A stretch of DNA of 64,000 nucleotides, taken from NCBI GenBank assembly GCA_009786455.1, contig WQTD01000011.1, positions 1,953 to 65,952 on the forward strand. The letters are read 5' to 3'. Under the pieces are notes generated by a model, which did not search any database, was not told the DNA's origin, and saw only the letters and a program-made list of their open reading frames with translations. Position 1 is the stretch's first letter. Each line of letters starts with the position of its first letter. The translations under genes and the position numbers were made by a program. Shown in pieces: positions 60,516-64,000 of this stretch. The stretch comes from Treponema sp. (lineage in GTDB: Bacteria; Spirochaetota; Spirochaetia; Treponematales; Breznakiellaceae).

Positions 60516-60618
60516 ATCTTATGATACGTTATGGCATTTTCTGATGCTTTAGACGGTTTTTTCATTAAAAACCACCATTAAATCTTATGATATGCCATGA
60601 TATGTATATACAAGGTAT

Positions 60619-60700
60619 GCGGCCTTGGTGGAACTGGTAGACACGCTAGCTTGAGGTGCTAGTGCCGAGAGGTATGGAAGTTCGAGTCTTCTAGGCCGCA
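60619..60700 (+). tRNA. tRNA-Leu(GAG); probable integration site
   Basis: GCGGCCT acceptor stem, anticodon arm CTAGC-TTGAGGT-GCTAG, long variable arm, GTTCGAGTC T-loop; no encoded CCA. Confidence 0.95.
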
Positions 60701-60706
60701 GTTTTT

Positions 60707-60820
60707 TGTAATTCCTTATGTAGTAAGGATTTACAGCAGGTAAAAGAGTTAAAGTATCAACGGTATAACATACTGTTTTGTCAAAGTATCCTGAATAGTA
60801 CCTGAAATAGTACCTTAAAA
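60707..60820. promoter_or_regulatory. att-proximal palindrome and tandem arm-type repeats
   Basis: TGTAATTCCTTA-TGTAG-TAAGGATTTACA (60707-60735); AAGTATCCTGAA / TAGTACCTGAAA / TAGTACCTTAAA (about 60784-60819). Confidence 0.6.
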
Positions 60821-60846
60821 AGGAAAAATGACAGTCAGGAGCATGT

Positions 60847-62082
60847 ATGCCGAAAAAAAATCCAGAATCTTACTGTTTATTCAAAAAACAAACGCCTTCA
60901 GGGAAAATATGGTATGTAAAAATTTGGGATAACGTTAGTTGTAAGTATTGTGTAATAAAATCTACCGGTATTCCTGTAGAAGGCAAGCGTGAACGCCGCC
61001 GGGAAGCTGAAGATGCAGCACATGAGTTAATTATTAATCTAAACGAAAAAAGAAAATTATCTGACGTAGTAAATAAACCGCTTATTCAATTTTTACTTGA
61101 TTTTTGGACACCTGACAGCGAGTATATCCGTGAAAAACGAATGGTAGAAAAAAAACCATTATCCATGTTTTACATTACGAGTAACCAAAGAAATATTAAA
61201 CTGCATGTTGAGTCTTTTCCTGATTTTAAAGGACTTAATGTCGGCGAACTTACAAGAGCAAAAGTAAGAGCATGGAAGCTTTGGGCTGCTGAACTGGGAT
61301 TGTCAGGACGTAAAATCAATATTGTTCTTCAATCGATGCGGGTGCCTGTCCGTAATGCTTACCGGGACGAAAAAATACCTGTTGACCCGTTTTTAAATAT
61401 TGGAGAAGCTGCACATATTAAAAGGGAAAAAGGTGTATTAACCCCTTTGGAAGTGTCTTCTCTTATTCAAAATGATGTTATTAATCCCCGTTGGAGGCTT
61501 GCAGTCTTATTAGGCTGTCTTTGCGGGATGCGCAGAGGCGAGATTCGCGGTCTTTTATGGGGTGATATTGGAAATGGTATTGTCAATGTCAAGCATAATT
61601 TCATTAATGGAGATGGTTTAAAATCACCAAAATGCGCAAGTACCAGAACGGTATTTTACCCGGAATCGGTAAAAATTATGTTGGATGCTGTTCGTAATAT
61701 TTCAAAAAATACATCACTTGAAAATTTCATCTTTGAACAATTGGATAATTCTGAAATCCCGGTAGGTGAACAATTTTTCCGCCATGCTTTAGAAAGAGAA
61801 TTGTCAGCAATCGGTATTCCGGGTGAATGGCCGCGCTGGAATAAAAATAAAGCGCCGGAAGGATATGTGAATGAGCAAAAACGGCGCAATTTGACATTCC
61901 ATTCATTACGACATACTTATATTACTTTAGGGCGTATTGCAGGTATTACAGATATTGAAATACAGGCACTTGCAGGTCATAAAGACGCTCGAATGATGGA
62001 TAACTATACACATGCAGGACAGATATTGGACTTTACTACAGCTCGGGAAAAATTTGAGAAAGTTCTTGAAAATGCTGGTTAA
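60847..62082 (+). CDS. Tyrosine recombinase / integrase
   Basis: Catalytic set present: GMRRGEI, K (SPK), FHSLRH, GH, Y (NYTH). Confidence 0.95.
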   Translation: MPKKNPESYCLFKKQTPSGKIWYVKIWDNVSCKYCVIKSTGIPVEGKRERRREAEDAAHELIINLNEKRKLSDVVNKPLIQFLLDFWTPDSEYIREKRMVEKKPLSMFYITSNQRNIKLHVESFPDFKGLNVGELTRAKVRAWKLWAAELGLSGRKINIVLQSMRVPVRNAYRDEKIPVDPFLNIGEAAHIKREKGVLTPLEVSSLIQNDVINPRWRLAVLLGCLCGMRRGEIRGLLWGDIGNGIVNVKHNFINGDGLKSPKCASTRTVFYPESVKIMLDAVRNISKNTSLENFIFEQLDNSEIPVGEQFFRHALERELSAIGIPGEWPRWNKNKAPEGYVNEQKRRNLTFHSLRHTYITLGRIAGITDIEIQALAGHKDARMMDNYTHAGQILDFTTAREKFEKVLENAG

Positions 62083-62163
62083 AATTTATTTTTTTAGAAT
62101 GATAAAAAACACTTGACAGCAATATTTAGTGTTTTAAAACATTTGATGAGGTTTTAATTTACT

Positions 62164-62421
62164 TTGAAATCCAAAGATAAAGCAACTATACACTTGCAAA
62201 AGACAGGTTGGCATTCTGAACAGCTCGCTGAAATTTTTGGGATCAGCCCTCGTATTGCTCGCATGTATTTAAGTGGAGATAGAAAGATACCTGAGAGATT
62301 TCATAAATTAATTCCTATTGACATTTTTCAAGGTGATACCCATACTAAGGGTAGAACAAAAAGAGAAGAACGAGTTAAAGAGTTAAAAAAATATAGTATA
62401 CCTGTTCCTTTTAAAAACTAG
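62164..62421 (+). CDS. Small HTH DNA-binding protein (XRE-like)
   Basis: SEQLAEIFGISPRIARMYLSG.R.IP; TTG start with GAGG upstream. Confidence 0.65.
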   Translation: MKSKDKATIHLQKTGWHSEQLAEIFGISPRIARMYLSGDRKIPERFHKLIPIDIFQGDTHTKGRTKREERVKELKKYSIPVPFKN

Positions 62422-62427
62422 CTTTTT

Positions 62428-62690
62428 TCTGTCTAACAGACAGATCATTAATATTTTACTGCATGGGGTGGCTTGCATCCTCCCAGCAGCAGCGCTTATT
62501 GGTTAAAATGACCAGCCTTTTTTTAAAGGAAAGCGTAAATATGGTAATGTCCCACATTACCAAATAACTCTTTGCTCTACAGGTTGTACGGCAAAGAGAG
62601 GGCAGCGTGAGATCAGTAGGCTGAATCCATGCGTTGTCCTCCGCAAGACGTTGGAAATTTATTTCCAGCAAAATTGACGGAGGACACGAT
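62428..62690 (+). ncRNA. Candidate structured RNA or leader (or ssDNA origin) upstream of the Xis-like gene
   Basis: At least 7 stems including a long-range GCATGG/CCATGC pair and an RBS-sequestering hairpin. Confidence 0.5.
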
Positions 62691-62933
62691 ATGTCCGATC
62701 TTCTCAATCCCGTTGAAGCAGCGGAAAACCAATTATTTAAAACCAACTTCCCAAATTTTCTGACTATAGCTGAGTTGGTAACTGCTACAAAAGTCAGCCG
62801 ACAGACAATAAGTCGAAAAATTAAGTTAGGTGAAATCCCTAACGTAAAAGTTGGTTCAAGAATTCTTATTCCTATTTCATATTTAGTTGGATTAGAGAAA
62901 AGTGCATGGTCTAATGTAGTAAAGGTAGGTTAA
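62691..62933 (+). CDS. Excisionase-like helix-turn-helix protein (HTH_17)
   Basis: FLTIAELVTATKVSRQTISRKIKLGEIPNVKVGSRILIP; GGAGG RBS before ATG 62691. Confidence 0.85.
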   Translation: MSDLLNPVEAAENQLFKTNFPNFLTIAELVTATKVSRQTISRKIKLGEIPNVKVGSRILIPISYLVGLEKSAWSNVVKVG

Positions 62934-62934
62934 A

Positions 62935-64000
62935 ATGGCCTACCAATTTGGACGCATCGAACCATATTCGCAAAGCGGCTCAACAAGAAATCCAAATCCT
63001 AAAACATCTTTAAATATTCTTGGAGAGGCTTTCAGAGATGAAGGAATGGCATCCCATGTAAAAGAACCAAAAGAACCTGAAATTTTATTGGGTTCAAGGG
63101 AAGAAATCAATAATGCAATAAAAAATTACAGAGAAAATTTTAAAGACAGTCGAGGTCATAAATTACGAAAAGATGGTAAAGAAATTTTAGCGGGAGTCAT
63201 TTCAAGTCCTCCGGGAACAACAAAAAAACAATTCTTAGAAACATTTCCTGTGATTTTATTTTTTCTAATGAAAAAATACGGAAAATCATTACGCTGCATT
63301 ATATTGCACGAAGATGAGCCTTTTATGGACGAAACAGGAAAATATCATGGAAAAACTCATTTCCATATTCATTTCTTTGTAGTACCAGAACCACATGAAA
63401 ATTTTAGAGACTATCATCCAGGAATTTATGCAAAATGGCAGGCAAAAAAAGAAGGATTAAATCATTGGGACGCAGATATTCGTTATAAATGGCGAATGGG
63501 AGACTGGCAGGAAGAACTCTATCAAGCAGTAGGTTTTCCACTTGGATGGGAAAAAGATCGTCCGAAAGAGTTACAGGAAAAACGCTTAAGTCACAAGGAA
63601 TATAAAATTATTAATGCAGCAAAAGAAAAATCAATATTGATTCAGGATGAAGCAAAAAGAGAAATAGCGAATTTAATTATTAGAGCTGAGAAACAAGCAA
63701 ATTTAATTTTACAAAATACTAATGAAGAAGCTCAATTAATTATTAAGAAAGCAAATCATGCAGCAGAAAATATTAACACTATGCAAATACAAAAATTAAA
63801 CGAACAAAAAATTGAGCATAATAAAATATCAGAATCATTATCAAAGAGAGAAAGTGATGTGAAAAGAAAAGAAAATTTTCTGAAAGGTATGGAAAAAGCT
63901 ATAAATAATATGAATGAAAATTTATCTGGAGATGAGCGAATTGCAGTATCTGTTAAGGGAATATTAAATTCAGAAAATGTTACTGGCAATGAACGTGGAA
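62935..64000 (+). CDS. MOBV/Mob_Pre-like relaxase with coiled-coil tail, 3' end outside window
   Basis: Manual translation open to the window end: MAYQFGRIEPYS...GEAFR...KLRKDG.EILAGVIS...ILHEDE...HFHIHFFVVP...WQEELY...LG...RLSHKEYK. Absent from the ORF track. Confidence 0.8.
   Translation, partial: MAYQFGRIEPYSQSGSTRNPNPKTSLNILGEAFRDEGMASHVKEPKEPEILLGSREEINNAIKNYRENFKDSRGHKLRKDGKEILAGVISSPPGTTKKQFLETFPVILFFLMKKYGKSLRCIILHEDEPFMDETGKYHGKTHFHIHFFVVPEPHENFRDYHPGIYAKWQAKKEGLNHWDADIRYKWRMGDWQEELYQAVGFPLGWEKDRPKELQEKRLSHKEYKIINAAKEKSILIQDEAKREIANLIIRAEKQANLILQNTNEEAQLIIKKANHAAENINTMQIQKLNEQKIEHNKISESLSKRESDVKRKENFLKGMEKAINNMNENLSGDERIAVSVKGILNSENVTGNERG

Larger units (their letters stand above)
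60701..64000 (+). mobile_element. Integrative mobilizable element / genomic island at tRNA-Leu (left part)
   Basis: tRNA followed by att-flanking repeats, tyrosine integrase, HTH, Xis-like gene and MOBV-like relaxase; visibly more AT-rich than the backbone. Confidence 0.85.

Noticed and set aside
62456-62746. 96-aa minus-strand ORF in the mobile element
   Set aside because: It overlaps the Xis gene start, has no recognisable motif, and the region is better explained by structure.

Overview
This is mostly compact chromosomal DNA from a spirochete. It looks Treponema-like, possibly a termite-gut lineage; that is inferred from a TP0733-type OMP, spirochete lipoboxes, PPi-dependent Pfk, and hybrid-kinase and FGE-family genes. 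It carries housekeeping genes (rarA, aroH, aspS, pfp, pgi, pdxY), three tRNAs without encoded CCA, an MCP, ABC, RND and peptide transporters, and TPR and ankyrin proteins. A 13-kb signalling island holds two hybrid kinases, two tandem MalT-like STAND-LuxR regulators and a REC-HD-GYP protein. From tRNA-Leu to the window end lies the left part of an integrative mobilizable element (tyrosine integrase, HTH, Xis-like protein, MOBV-like relaxase). The main unexplained signals are: (1) a dispersed family of 39-nt 16-7-16 palindromes with a conserved asymmetric core but divergent, self-complementary arms, one copy inserted in frame into a signal peptide and two forming ~120-bp composite MITE-like units; (2) a ~260-nt densely structured region in the mobile element that sequesters the Xis RBS; (3) a candidate ~80-nt sRNA with three anti-Shine-Dalgarno motifs; (4) a shared 22-bp upstream motif in the MalT island; (5) an uncalled 29-aa bS22-like ribosomal protein; (6) frequent leaderless-type gene starts. 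All family assignments are from motif recognition by eye; no searches were run.
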